Below, one piece after another: positions 1 through 8,252 of a DNA stretch of 64,000 nucleotides. This DNA comes from a virus (lineage: Duplodnaviria; Caudoviricetes), in IMG/VR virus record IMGVR_UViG_3300025707_000003, positions 64,001 to 128,000 of that record; one strand, 5' to 3'. Numbering within the stretch: the first letter of the stretch is position 1; every line of letters begins with the position of its first letter. The translations under genes were made by a program, and so were the position numbers. A model generated the notes under the pieces. The model searched no databases. It had not been told where the DNA came from and was given only the letters and a program-made list of their open reading frames with translations.

Positions 1-1589
1 TGGATACGGTCAAGTACGAGTTTAATTTCTGAAGCACTCTCTTGTGAAAGCTGATCTCGGTTAGTGCTGAGTGAACGCTGTGTTGACATAAGTTGTGCAA
101 CAGCCCTCTCATCAACGATACCGTCCTCGTTAAAAGATGTAATCGCCGCACGAATGACAGAGATAGTATCTGTGATCATACCCTGTGCGTAAGCGATGTC
201 TTGGTTCTGCCAAGGTCCAGGTGTTGAAGTAAGACCGATAGGGTATTTACCATAGAGAGGTCCACTTTTACGATGTTCACCACGCTGTGAGAACGCAGAG
301 ACATAACCCTTTTTGAGCTTAGACTTGAGTTGCTTTGCAAAAAACATCTCGGCATCATAAGAGTCCATAAATGATTTGTCAGAACTGCGACCAGTTGAAC
401 CGAGGCGACCATAAAGAATTTCTACTGTTGAACCATTGATGACCATCTCGTAGAACTTGCTCTTGTTCTCAGACTCACCGATGAGATAAAGCATACAAGA
501 GGTAGCGTCAGCGATTGAGCGACCATCGTGATAAGCAGTGCCTGAGCGAACTCCTTCAAGTTGTGGTTTACCTGCGGCTTCACGAGTCATGCGAGCTGTA
601 CGGTTGAGGTTTCCTTCAAGACGAGCAATCCTCATCTCAAGATTTCTGATTACTTCACTAGCTGATTTACGCATAGTGTTTCCTTTCTTTAGAAGCCTTC
701 TGACTTCATCTTTAGAATAAGAGTTGTTGAGCCTACGCTCATTTCTGTAGATGAGATGACGCAATCGCTTACGCTCCTCATCATTGAGTGAATCAATGCC
801 TCTACGCTGACCTTTATTGATAAGCATAAAGTCATCTCGTGATAGATTAACATTGGATTTAAGATCTGCAAGTAACTTAGACTCTGGAGAGGACTGACTA
901 GCAATGATCTCTTCAACTACATTCATTTGTCTTTCAGAGAGCTGAATACGATCTTCAGCTTTAGACTTGAGTTGAGCCAAGAAACGATTACGAGGGTCGA
1001 GTTCAAGTGCTTCTTCAATACGAACGAGCTGATTGTTAGGCTGATTTCCAACCATCTGTACAGCATCAAGCTTTTCGTCTATAACTTCAAGTTGTCTCTC
1101 GGAAAGCTCTCGCCCTCCCATAAGCTGGTCATAAAGGCTTCTGTAGAAACGATTTGTTGGTTGCATTGCGATTAACTCATTGAGTTTCATCAAGATTTCT
1201 TGGTCTGGGTCTTCAATACGCTCTTCAGTATCGATTAGGATCTCTTCTACTCGATACCCAAGAGGTTCTCCGTGTTCAAGATACTCAAGAATACCTTTCC
1301 ACCAATCGCTGTTTGGATTAAGTGCAAGTACTGCTTGCACACGATCAATACTCTCCATATCTCGAAATTTCCCTGGGAAGTCTACCTTTAACTGTATTAA
1401 ACCCTCCCGTATAGACATACCGTCAATGCTTCTCACAAGAGTCACAAGTACAGAGTCCCCTTTTTTATTCAACTTGACTTCAAACTCATCAAAGTTGATC
1501 AAGGCATTGTCTCTCCTAGACTCCATTTCAAGCATCTCTAGTGCTTCGCCTACTGTGGTATTGTAGAATATAATCTGGTTTTCTTTCAT
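1..1589 (-). CDS. Partial ORF (>529 aa, runs off left edge): N-terminal unknown region, internal leader peptide at 674, then WGR domain
   Basis: Hand-translated open frame from ATG 1589 to the edge, absent from the ORF track. Contains MRKSASEVIRNLEMRIARLE (ATG 674, RBS aaggaaa) and WGR-like NKSKFYEMVINGSTVEILYGRLGSTG...AKQLKSKLKKGYV. Class I motif upstream at 1622-1633. Confidence 0.8.
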   Translation of the reverse strand, partial: MKENQIIFYNTTVGEALEMLEMESRRDNALINFDEFEVKLNKKGDSVLVTLVRSIDGMSIREGLIQLKVDFPGKFRDMESIDRVQAVLALNPNSDWWKGILEYLEHGEPLGYRVEEILIDTEERIEDPDQEILMKLNELIAMQPTNRFYRSLYDQLMGGRELSERQLEVIDEKLDAVQMVGNQPNNQLVRIEEALELDPRNRFLAQLKSKAEDRIQLSERQMNVVEEIIASQSSPESKLLADLKSNVNLSRDDFMLINKGQRRGIDSLNDEERKRLRHLIYRNERRLNNSYSKDEVRRLLKKGNTMRKSASEVIRNLEMRIARLEGNLNRTARMTREAAGKPQLEGVRSGTAYHDGRSIADATSCMLYLIGESENKSKFYEMVINGSTVEILYGRLGSTGRSSDKSFMDSYDAEMFFAKQLKSKLKKGYVSAFSQRGEHRKSGPLYGKYPIGLTSTPGPWQNQDIAYAQGMITDTISVIRAAITSFNEDGIVDERAVAQLMSTQRSLSTNRDQLSQESASEIKLVLDRI

Positions 1590-1621
1590 TATAAGACCCC
1601 TTTGCTTTTAAAAGGGGGGTT

Positions 1622-1633
1622 ATAAATAAACTA
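1622..1633 (-). promoter_or_regulatory. Class I motif TAGTTTATTTAT
   Basis: Upstream of ORF at 1589. Confidence 0.7.
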
Positions 1634-1646
1634 CAAAAAGGAACAC

Positions 1647-2159
1647 ATGAAAATCTTAAAAGTCACAGCCGAAAAACAAGAGTCTATCAACAGGACACTC
1701 GAAAATATCTTAAGTGAACATCTAATGCTCACACAGATGTACTCTTTCGAGGGGTCAGATAAAGATTTACTACAAGTCGCGGAGTTTTCTTCTACTTGTC
1801 TTGAACACCTTAGTAATATCCTTATTAGCGATACAGACATTACATGGAATTGGAAAGCGTATCAAAAGGCTCGTAAAGACTTCTCCGAGAAGCCTACCCC
1901 TCAAACCAAAGAGAAGTTGATCCTTCATATTCAGTTCAATCTTGGTGTGCATGAGTCATCTCTCCACACAGGGGAAAAGTGGGAGTTAGTAGAGGACAAA
2001 AATGGGTACTTAAAGTTTAAGTCTGTTTACCCTAACAAGTTTCACATAAGTTTGGGTCAGTTAGAGGACTTAAAGAAATCATATCCGTTTGTTGATGATG
2101 TTATATACAATCAAGATGGACTCTACATTCAGTACAACGAGGTGCAAAATGACACATGA
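1647..2159 (+). CDS. Hypothetical protein
   Basis: 170-aa ORF with RBS aaggaa. Confidence 0.6.
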   Translation: MKILKVTAEKQESINRTLENILSEHLMLTQMYSFEGSDKDLLQVAEFSSTCLEHLSNILISDTDITWNWKAYQKARKDFSEKPTPQTKEKLILHIQFNLGVHESSLHTGEKWELVEDKNGYLKFKSVYPNKFHISLGQLEDLKKSYPFVDDVIYNQDGLYIQYNEVQNDT

Positions 2160-2433
2160 TGAGATAATAACCAAATGGCAGTCTTTGTTTACAGACGAGT
2201 ACGGAGAACCGACACTCACATACCTTGAAGTATCTGAGTCTTGGTATCTATTGATTGATACTTTATGTAGTCAGATCCAAAGTCACCTCATGCAAACACC
2301 CGATGTCAGCCCTGTGCAGGTCGTTCAAATCAAAGAGAAGTTTGGAGGGTTGAGGTTTTATACTAACAACCAGGATCTTTACATAGACGGACTAATTCAA
2401 ATGGCTGAGGCTTACAGTTACCATATTGTTTGA
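2149..2433 (+). CDS. Conserved phage hypothetical protein (QIKEKFGGLRFY motif)
   Basis: Start reassigned to ATG 2149 (RBS gagg); motif VVQIKEKFGGLRFY is familiar from phage hypothetical proteins. Confidence 0.65.
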   Translation: MTHDEIITKWQSLFTDEYGEPTLTYLEVSESWYLLIDTLCSQIQSHLMQTPDVSPVQVVQIKEKFGGLRFYTNNQDLYIDGLIQMAEAYSYHIV

Positions 2434-2445
2434 TAGTTATTTTAT
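2434..2445 (+). promoter_or_regulatory. Class I variant TAGTTATTTTAT
   Basis: Upstream of portal operon. Confidence 0.55.
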
Positions 2446-2473
2446 ACTCTCGCTTTCACAAAGGGAGTATATT

Positions 2474-2740
2474 ATGTCATTACCTAGAGAACGAAAAAGA
2501 GCAGATTATCGAGTGATCGCTCGTATCTTGCAACTGAGTCATGGACAGGGAAACCCAAAAGACTCTTTGCTTGAAAATACTTCTATTGTATTTACTCTAA
2601 AGGGGGGGTCATGGGTATTATTCTTTGAAGGACACCCAAAACACAGCAAACTACTTAAAATAGTGATAAAAGCTGTCGTAAAACATAAGAAGGATCAACA
2701 TGAGCGAAGAAATAGATGCAAAACCAGTCGGGAAGATTAA
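2474..2740 (+). CDS. Hypothetical protein
   Basis: ATG 2474 after aagggag RBS and class I-like motif at 2434. Confidence 0.5.
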   Translation: MSLPRERKRADYRVIARILQLSHGQGNPKDSLLENTSIVFTLKGGSWVLFFEGHPKHSKLLKIVIKAVVKHKKDQHERRNRCKTSRED

Positions 2741-4376
2741 ACCTCGATCTAAAGCAACCACTCGTAAGCTCAGTCCTGCTGAGATGAAATCGAGGGTGAA
2801 GATAGCGATGACTACAGGTGGCTCTATGATGGGGTCGGGTGGAAACTTCTATTCTCCAGAGCTATCGACAGACTTTCTTGAGCTACCTCAAAGTCAAGAC
2901 GAACAACGCAACTACTTTAGGTTCTTCTATCGCACTGACCCATTCGTTGGTCAGGCGATTGACCTACATACAGAGCTACCCCTCTCTAAGATCAGATTAG
3001 GATTACCTAAAGCTCGCAATAGAGATATGGCGTATGAAGCTCTAAGGTTTTGTGAAAAGTGGTCTAAGCGAGTAGGTCTTCTTCATCGGTTAATAGAAAT
3101 CTTACATGAGTTCAATCTACTTGGTGAGGCGTTTGTCTTTTGTGAAGACAATAACCCCGATGTGCCTCAAGAGATCACACATAGTGGTCGAAATGTCCTC
3201 AAAGAAGATGGCGAAGCGTTTACCGAGTGGACTGAGTATGAGGACGCAGATGAACGAGCTTTCAAATGGCTTAAAAGGAATTATAAAGGTTGGACTGGTC
3301 TTAGAATCCTTCCACCAGAGCAAGTTCACATGGAGAGTTTTCCTTTCACTAGTGAGAAGATCATCCAACTTATTCCCGATAGTAAAACTCGTGATGTAGT
3401 TGAACGAGCTTCGGTTAATGACCCCTCTGCTCTTCGTATCGTGGACTCTATGCCAGGTGATGTTGTTGAAGCTATCCGAGATGGTCGCAACATTGATCTC
3501 AACACCGATCCCGATCAAGGTTCATTCGTTTACTATATGGCTCGTAAGAAATCACAATATGAGCCTCGTGGACACTCTATGCTTGAGCGTTGTCTTCGTG
3601 TCCTCGTTTATCGAGATAAGTTAAGACAGGCACAAACCTCAATCGCTTCAAGACACATGACTCCTATCCGTCTTGTTTATGCAGAGGATATGGATGCGTC
3701 TGATGTCGAAGAGTTGAGAGATCAAGTGGATCTTGCATTACAAGACCCAGACTACTCGATCATCGCTAACTTTCAAGTATCTTGGGAAGAAATGGGTGCA
3801 GACTCTCGCTTATTAGAACTATCGGGTGAATATGACATGACCGACCGACAAATGTATGCTGGTCTAGGTGTTACTGAATCTCTGTTGTCGGGTGAGTCTA
3901 GTTATAGTGGCGACAGGATCAACCTAGAAGTCATCAACACACGCTATATGCTTATGCGTGAGGTTCTTCAAGAGATGGTTGAGGAGAACATCTTGAAGCC
4001 AATGTGTAGACGAATGGGTTTCGTTGAAGAAGATGAAGATGGGGATGAAATTGTCGTACACCCAACTCTTAGCTTCACTAGACTTGGATTGCGAGATAAC
4101 CAAGATACCTTTGATGCTCTCTTTAATCTGTATCAGAAGGGTTCATTGGACATTGATGTCATCTTAGAACTTCTTAATGTCGATCCTATGACCACTAAAG
4201 CTAAACTTGAGCGTGATATGTGGACACTCAACGATAGTCAGTTTAATGAGGTTCTTAGAGGGGTCTATGGTGAAGCTGGTCGTATGTTAGCCGAGAATAC
4301 CGAAGCGATTGAACTCATCGCTAAGAATCTTGGCTTAAAGTACAACCCACCAGAAGAAGAAGGTGGTCGTTTCTAA
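2700..4376 (+). CDS. Portal protein (probable)
   Basis: 558 aa; RFFYRTDPFVGQAIDLHTELPLSK N-terminal block resembles large-phage portals; head genes in same window. Confidence 0.7.
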   Translation: MSEEIDAKPVGKIKPRSKATTRKLSPAEMKSRVKIAMTTGGSMMGSGGNFYSPELSTDFLELPQSQDEQRNYFRFFYRTDPFVGQAIDLHTELPLSKIRLGLPKARNRDMAYEALRFCEKWSKRVGLLHRLIEILHEFNLLGEAFVFCEDNNPDVPQEITHSGRNVLKEDGEAFTEWTEYEDADERAFKWLKRNYKGWTGLRILPPEQVHMESFPFTSEKIIQLIPDSKTRDVVERASVNDPSALRIVDSMPGDVVEAIRDGRNIDLNTDPDQGSFVYYMARKKSQYEPRGHSMLERCLRVLVYRDKLRQAQTSIASRHMTPIRLVYAEDMDASDVEELRDQVDLALQDPDYSIIANFQVSWEEMGADSRLLELSGEYDMTDRQMYAGLGVTESLLSGESSYSGDRINLEVINTRYMLMREVLQEMVEENILKPMCRRMGFVEEDEDGDEIVVHPTLSFTRLGLRDNQDTFDALFNLYQKGSLDIDVILELLNVDPMTTKAKLERDMWTLNDSQFNEVLRGVYGEAGRMLAENTEAIELIAKNLGLKYNPPEEEGGRF

Positions 4377-4388
4377 TAGTTTATTTAT
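4377..4388 (+). promoter_or_regulatory. Class I motif plus cassette module
   Basis: Followed by GTGATCTTAAGTGATCTC...AATGGAGA. Confidence 0.75.
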
Positions 4389-4439
4389 GAGTGATCTTAA
4401 GTGATCTCTTTAACCACAAACTTGAATGGAGAAACCATT

Positions 4440-4769
4440 ATGAGAAGATCTGCAACCGAAGTTATTAATGACCTTGAGATGAGAATCGCAAGGCTTGAAA
4501 AAGAAGCAAAAGAAGCAAATGATCTTCTTTTTTCGATAAATGAGGATGAGTGGGCAATGCTTGCAGAACTGCACGAAAATTTATCGAGCCGCGGCCCTTT
4601 ACAAGATCTAAAGTCAGGTTTGCCAAGTCATGTTCAGAAAGATTTTTCTAAAGTCTTACAACGAGGTAAGAACGATTATGTTACAAAGGAACTTTTAAAT
4701 TACTCAAAGGCGGTACGAGCCGAGCAATCTAAGTTAAAAGATTCACTCGGCAATATTCTGGGTATCTAA
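4440..4769 (+). CDS. Leader-tagged hypothetical protein
   Basis: Begins MRRSATEVINDLEMRIARLE behind the conserved promoter-hairpin-RBS module. Confidence 0.8.
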   Translation: MRRSATEVINDLEMRIARLEKEAKEANDLLFSINEDEWAMLAELHENLSSRGPLQDLKSGLPSHVQKDFSKVLQRGKNDYVTKELLNYSKAVRAEQSKLKDSLGNILGI

Positions 4770-4782
4770 TAAGGTTTCTTCT

Positions 4783-5292
4783 TTAAGAGAGAGCCTTATA
4801 TAGCTTCTCCCATTGACGAACCTTTGAGTCCTCTATCGATGAGAGCATATTGAACACCTCCCAATAGCGTAAGGTGTCATCATAATCCTCTCTCCTAGAG
4901 GTTTTCTCGTTTAATAGACCCTCTACCCTACGCACAAGTATTTCTTTGCGTGTAGGGTCTTCATAGGTGTCCTCAAAGATGTCCTTCTTAGGTTCGTACT
5001 TCCACACCTCAAGCCCATACTTACGCTCTAAGGCTGTGCAAGCTCTACCAAAGTCGAGACCCTCTTTCTCCATAACCGTTGCGATGGAGTCTCGTACCTT
5101 ACCACAAGCGAAACAGAACCATGTGTTAGTCTCTGGGTAAACACGGGCAGAAGGTGCATTATCTGAACCATCTCCATGTAGATCACAACGGAACTGTTGT
5201 TGGTGATCTCGACCATGTACATCATAGTTGTAGGCACTCAAGACAGACAGGATGGGGATCTTTTCTTTAATCCTATCTGCTCTCTTGCTCAT
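4783..5292 (-). CDS. Stand-alone CHC2 zinc-finger (DnaG primase N-terminal-like) protein
   Basis: FRCDLHGD...SARVYPETNTWFCFACG...SIATVMEKEGLDF; no TOPRIM domain. Confidence 0.8.
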   Translation of the reverse strand: MSKRADRIKEKIPILSVLSAYNYDVHGRDHQQQFRCDLHGDGSDNAPSARVYPETNTWFCFACGKVRDSIATVMEKEGLDFGRACTALERKYGLEVWKYEPKKDIFEDTYEDPTRKEILVRRVEGLLNEKTSRREDYDDTLRYWEVFNMLSSIEDSKVRQWEKLYKALS

Positions 5293-5522
5293 TTCGCACC
5301 TTTTCTCATCACTCTTCTTAGTGTGCCGTAGCGTTCGTTACTCATACTTTTTATGATACAGTCACCCAACTTTAACTCGGTTGGTGGGGGTTTTTTATCT
5401 ACATAGATTGTGAGTTTATTTAACTCACAAATGTGAACCTCCACTATTCGTGTGGAGTTCAAAAAAATCATGTACCCCAATAACGCAATAAATGTGATTA
5501 GTCCTAGTGCGTCATAATTCAT
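5289..5522 (-). CDS. Small membrane-anchored hypothetical protein
   Basis: N-terminal hydrophobic stretch; RBS aggagaa; ATGA overlap with next gene. Confidence 0.6.
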   Translation of the reverse strand: MNYDALGLITFIALLGYMIFLNSTRIVEVHICELNKLTIYVDKKPPPTELKLGDCIIKSMSNERYGTLRRVMRKGAK

Positions 5523-5575
5523 CTCATTCTCCTTTTACTTCGTACTTCTTTAATCAGTTATATATTTTAGGTGAC

Positions 5576-5610
5576 AAAACACCCCGACTCTCCTAAGAGA
5601 AGCCGAAGTG
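5576..5610 (-). terminator. Rho-independent terminator-like hairpin
   Basis: cacttcggcttctc-ttag-gagagtcggggtg followed by TTTT on minus strand. Confidence 0.6.
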
Positions 5611-5815
5611 TCGGGCAAGTGAGCTGACCTCGCCAAGCATATCTGAGTCTGCGTAAAGCCCAATCGCGAGAAGAATCTCACATCCTGGCTCAACCCCCCC
5701 TTTTGGGATTGAACCTACGACATGAGGTCAGAATCACTCATATCGACCACTACCCAATCTAGGGAGGTTTACCTTTACAACAGCATAAAGGCTTTGTCGT
5801 GGGTTAGTGGTATCA
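5576..5815 (-). ncRNA. Candidate structured ncRNA with degenerate tRNA-like 5' domain (5693-5767)
   Basis: No ORF over 15 aa; class II motif upstream and terminator downstream; acceptor CCTCCCT/AGGGGGG, D-stem ATTG/CGAT, T-loop GGTTCAATCC; 10-nt anticodon loop, weak T-stem, no CCA. Confidence 0.4.
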
Positions 5816-5832
5816 CCCAACTGTATTATACA

Positions 5833-5848
5833 ATAAATAAGGGGTTAC
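5833..5848 (-). promoter_or_regulatory. Class II motif GTAACCCCTTATTTAT
   Basis: Followed by TG-TATAAT; upstream of ncRNA candidate. Confidence 0.65.
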
Positions 5849-5853
5849 AGTTA

Positions 5854-5865
5854 TAGTTTATTTAT
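5854..5865 (+). promoter_or_regulatory. Class I motif
   Basis: Exact consensus upstream of 5896. Confidence 0.7.
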
Positions 5866-5895
5866 CATCACACAAGGTAAAGTAAAGGGGTCATC

Positions 5896-8250
5896 GTGCA
5901 GAATAAAACAAGTAGGATAAGAGTACCTAAACCATTGGTACGAGAGATTGTATCACATATATTCAGCCAAGTAGGTGTCTATAATGACCTCAGTATAAGT
6001 GTCTCAGTACCATCTCCACCGAGAGTTCATAGGTATCTTGCAGACTTAGACTTGAGAGTGGAGATAATACCTCCGAGTGCGTCTAGGAAGTTAGAATTTG
6101 AGGCTAAATACGATCCGACTAACTCTGTCATTTATGTAAATCTACCTTATTTAGAGAGTCGCTACGAAGGTAGAGAACTTGAACAATCTCTCTACAAAGT
6201 AGTCGCTCACGAGCTTGTTCATGTATATCAAATCCTCTATACAAGATCACGAGATAGCGATCCCAATGCAGTAAACCCAACAGCAGGACTTCCTGGTCTT
6301 AGAGAGAGAACTCCACAATATAGGCAAGAAGAAGGCGACATACTTCACCATCGCCTAGACGATAATGAGTTTTACCCACGCTTAGAGGATACGATCAATG
6401 CTATTAAATTTGTACTAAAGAGGAATCCTGGAAAATTAGTTGAAATAGTCTCTTATGTCTTAGGTGAGTCAAGTCGCCCTGTATATAGGTCTAAGCATTT
6501 AAAAGAGCCTATAGAATGGCTCATAGCTTTAGATAGATACGCACCTAGAAAGTTCATCAAAGCTGTAAGGAAGATTAAGAATGAGTTCCCCGAAACAGCT
6601 AAACTTACCCGTCAAGCCGATTTCTTTAGACAGGTTAGCCCACCCGATGAACTGAGTACCTTTAGCAATGGCACACCCACGGGTAAAGGTACAGATCTTG
6701 AAGATAAGGGTGAGGGGTCACAACTGCCTAATGGAGATGGGGCTAGGGACATAGGTCGTCCTAGCCCCGACTCACCGAATCTCAAATCAAGAAATCTTGA
6801 TCGTTCTGAGTCATATGGCAGGAAACCCGCTGAAAAACAAGACTTTGGTTATGTTCATGATAGTGGTAGCGGTAGTGCTAGGGTTATCCCTTATGATAGT
6901 GGTTTTGCGAACAACTCATCTCCTCTGAGAAAAGCATCCTCCAAAGTTAAACCCATGTTTTTAGGGTCTGACGGGTCAGCGATGGCTTATGATTTCTACT
7001 TTATGCGAGTCGAAAAAGACTACTATTATCACTACACATACAGAGATCGTGCTGATGAGATCATTGAAGATGGACATCTAAGACCTAACTTCTACAAAGA
7101 CCAGCCTGGTGCTAAAGGTGTGTTCGCTATTTCTGGATCTTATGGGCAAGTGGTTACGAGTCTTCAAGTCAGTGGTTCTAGGAAAGAACACATGGATAAA
7201 ATCGTAGCTCTCAAGTTTAAGACTAGAACTGAGCCTAAGTATGGATATCCCGAAGAAGTCATTTGGGATAAGCCTGTGAAACTTATTCGACCAGAGATTG
7301 TGGGCGTTTCAAAAGCAGTATCCGATCTGAACCGAAATGAAGACTTGGGAGAGAACTTCAAGGTGTTTTACGACTTCAAGAAGGCAGTCGAGATCAAAAA
7401 AGAACATGGGAAACCTAACGCTAAGTCTAAAACAGCGTCTATTAGTAGGATAGCTCATCGCTATCTTCAAAGTGCCGCCCAACCAGCTCAAGACTTGGCA
7501 GGTGTCAAAACTTGGGTTGATAAAAACCGACAAGACCAAGTTCAAAACGATACCTCTTCTCCAGATAAATCAAGAGAAGATTATGAAGATGGTAAGCCAC
7601 AGAGAGATCGAGTTCTTCCTTTACCAAATGGACACCCCGAAGGTCGAGATGAACAGCGAGTCGGCCCAGGTCAAATAAACTCACCTCCCGATTCTAGTGG
7701 TCAAGGTGGAGCGAACCGTCCAAAGAAAGACCCTAGTGCATTAAATGACCACCCCGATGGAAAAGCGTTACATGAACGACCTAGATCAAGCGGTATGCCT
7801 GGAGATGAGTATGGACACCCTTATATAGACCAATCCACATCTACGGGATTAAAGCGTAGAGTCATGGCTTCCATTGAGAAAATCTCTTATGTGGGAGAAG
7901 ATGACTTTTATGCAGAAGAAGAAGATTTCTATTGGGATATAGAAGATGGTGTGATGGTAAAAAATGCCCTCTTCAGATACAACTTCCGACCCCCAAGAGG
8001 GAATAAGAGACAGCGTTCTCAAAAGGGTCAGGCGAAACGAAAATCTCTAAAGACTAAGCGTAAATATAGAGTAAAATATCGTAGAAACCTCATTAAGCAA
8101 AAGAGGTTATACAAGCGTAAGAAACACAATCCTACTTACAAAAAGTACAAGAAAAACTATGCTAAAAACCCTCAGAAGTACAAGCGTAGACCTGGTGGTG
8201 TCAGCACAGTTAAACAAAAATCTCAAAGAGCAGAAAAAAGGAGAAAGTAA
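5896..8250 (+). CDS. Multidomain probable virion protein: HEXXH metallopeptidase-like region, ART-like region, K/R-rich tail
   Basis: VVAHELVHVYQ (6208-6222); YHYT...IIEDGHLRP...GVFAIS...EEV (7021-7290); basic C-terminus; class I motif at 5854. Confidence 0.6.
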   Translation: MQNKTSRIRVPKPLVREIVSHIFSQVGVYNDLSISVSVPSPPRVHRYLADLDLRVEIIPPSASRKLEFEAKYDPTNSVIYVNLPYLESRYEGRELEQSLYKVVAHELVHVYQILYTRSRDSDPNAVNPTAGLPGLRERTPQYRQEEGDILHHRLDDNEFYPRLEDTINAIKFVLKRNPGKLVEIVSYVLGESSRPVYRSKHLKEPIEWLIALDRYAPRKFIKAVRKIKNEFPETAKLTRQADFFRQVSPPDELSTFSNGTPTGKGTDLEDKGEGSQLPNGDGARDIGRPSPDSPNLKSRNLDRSESYGRKPAEKQDFGYVHDSGSGSARVIPYDSGFANNSSPLRKASSKVKPMFLGSDGSAMAYDFYFMRVEKDYYYHYTYRDRADEIIEDGHLRPNFYKDQPGAKGVFAISGSYGQVVTSLQVSGSRKEHMDKIVALKFKTRTEPKYGYPEEVIWDKPVKLIRPEIVGVSKAVSDLNRNEDLGENFKVFYDFKKAVEIKKEHGKPNAKSKTASISRIAHRYLQSAAQPAQDLAGVKTWVDKNRQDQVQNDTSSPDKSREDYEDGKPQRDRVLPLPNGHPEGRDEQRVGPGQINSPPDSSGQGGANRPKKDPSALNDHPDGKALHERPRSSGMPGDEYGHPYIDQSTSTGLKRRVMASIEKISYVGEDDFYAEEEDFYWDIEDGVMVKNALFRYNFRPPRGNKRQRSQKGQAKRKSLKTKRKYRVKYRRNLIKQKRLYKRKKHNPTYKKYKKNYAKNPQKYKRRPGGVSTVKQKSQRAEKRRK

Positions 8251-8252
8251 CT

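Noticed and set aside
176-1566. Short ORF-track entries here and the many 60-140-aa antisense or alternate-frame ORFs across the window
   Set aside because: They are shadows of longer RBS-led genes (here the 1589-to-edge ORF), are Ser/Leu/Phe-rich and lack RBSs
4401-4439. N-terminal extensions such as MISLTTNLNGETI given by the ORF track for leader genes (also 27649, 28809, 31023, 58015, 59552)
   Set aside because: These translate the conserved non-coding module; the GGAGA RBS positions the start at the MRRS ATG
5693-5767. Canonical functional tRNA
   Set aside because: 10-nt anticodon loop, two mismatches in the T-stem, no T8 and no CCA; kept only as a tRNA-like ncRNA candidate
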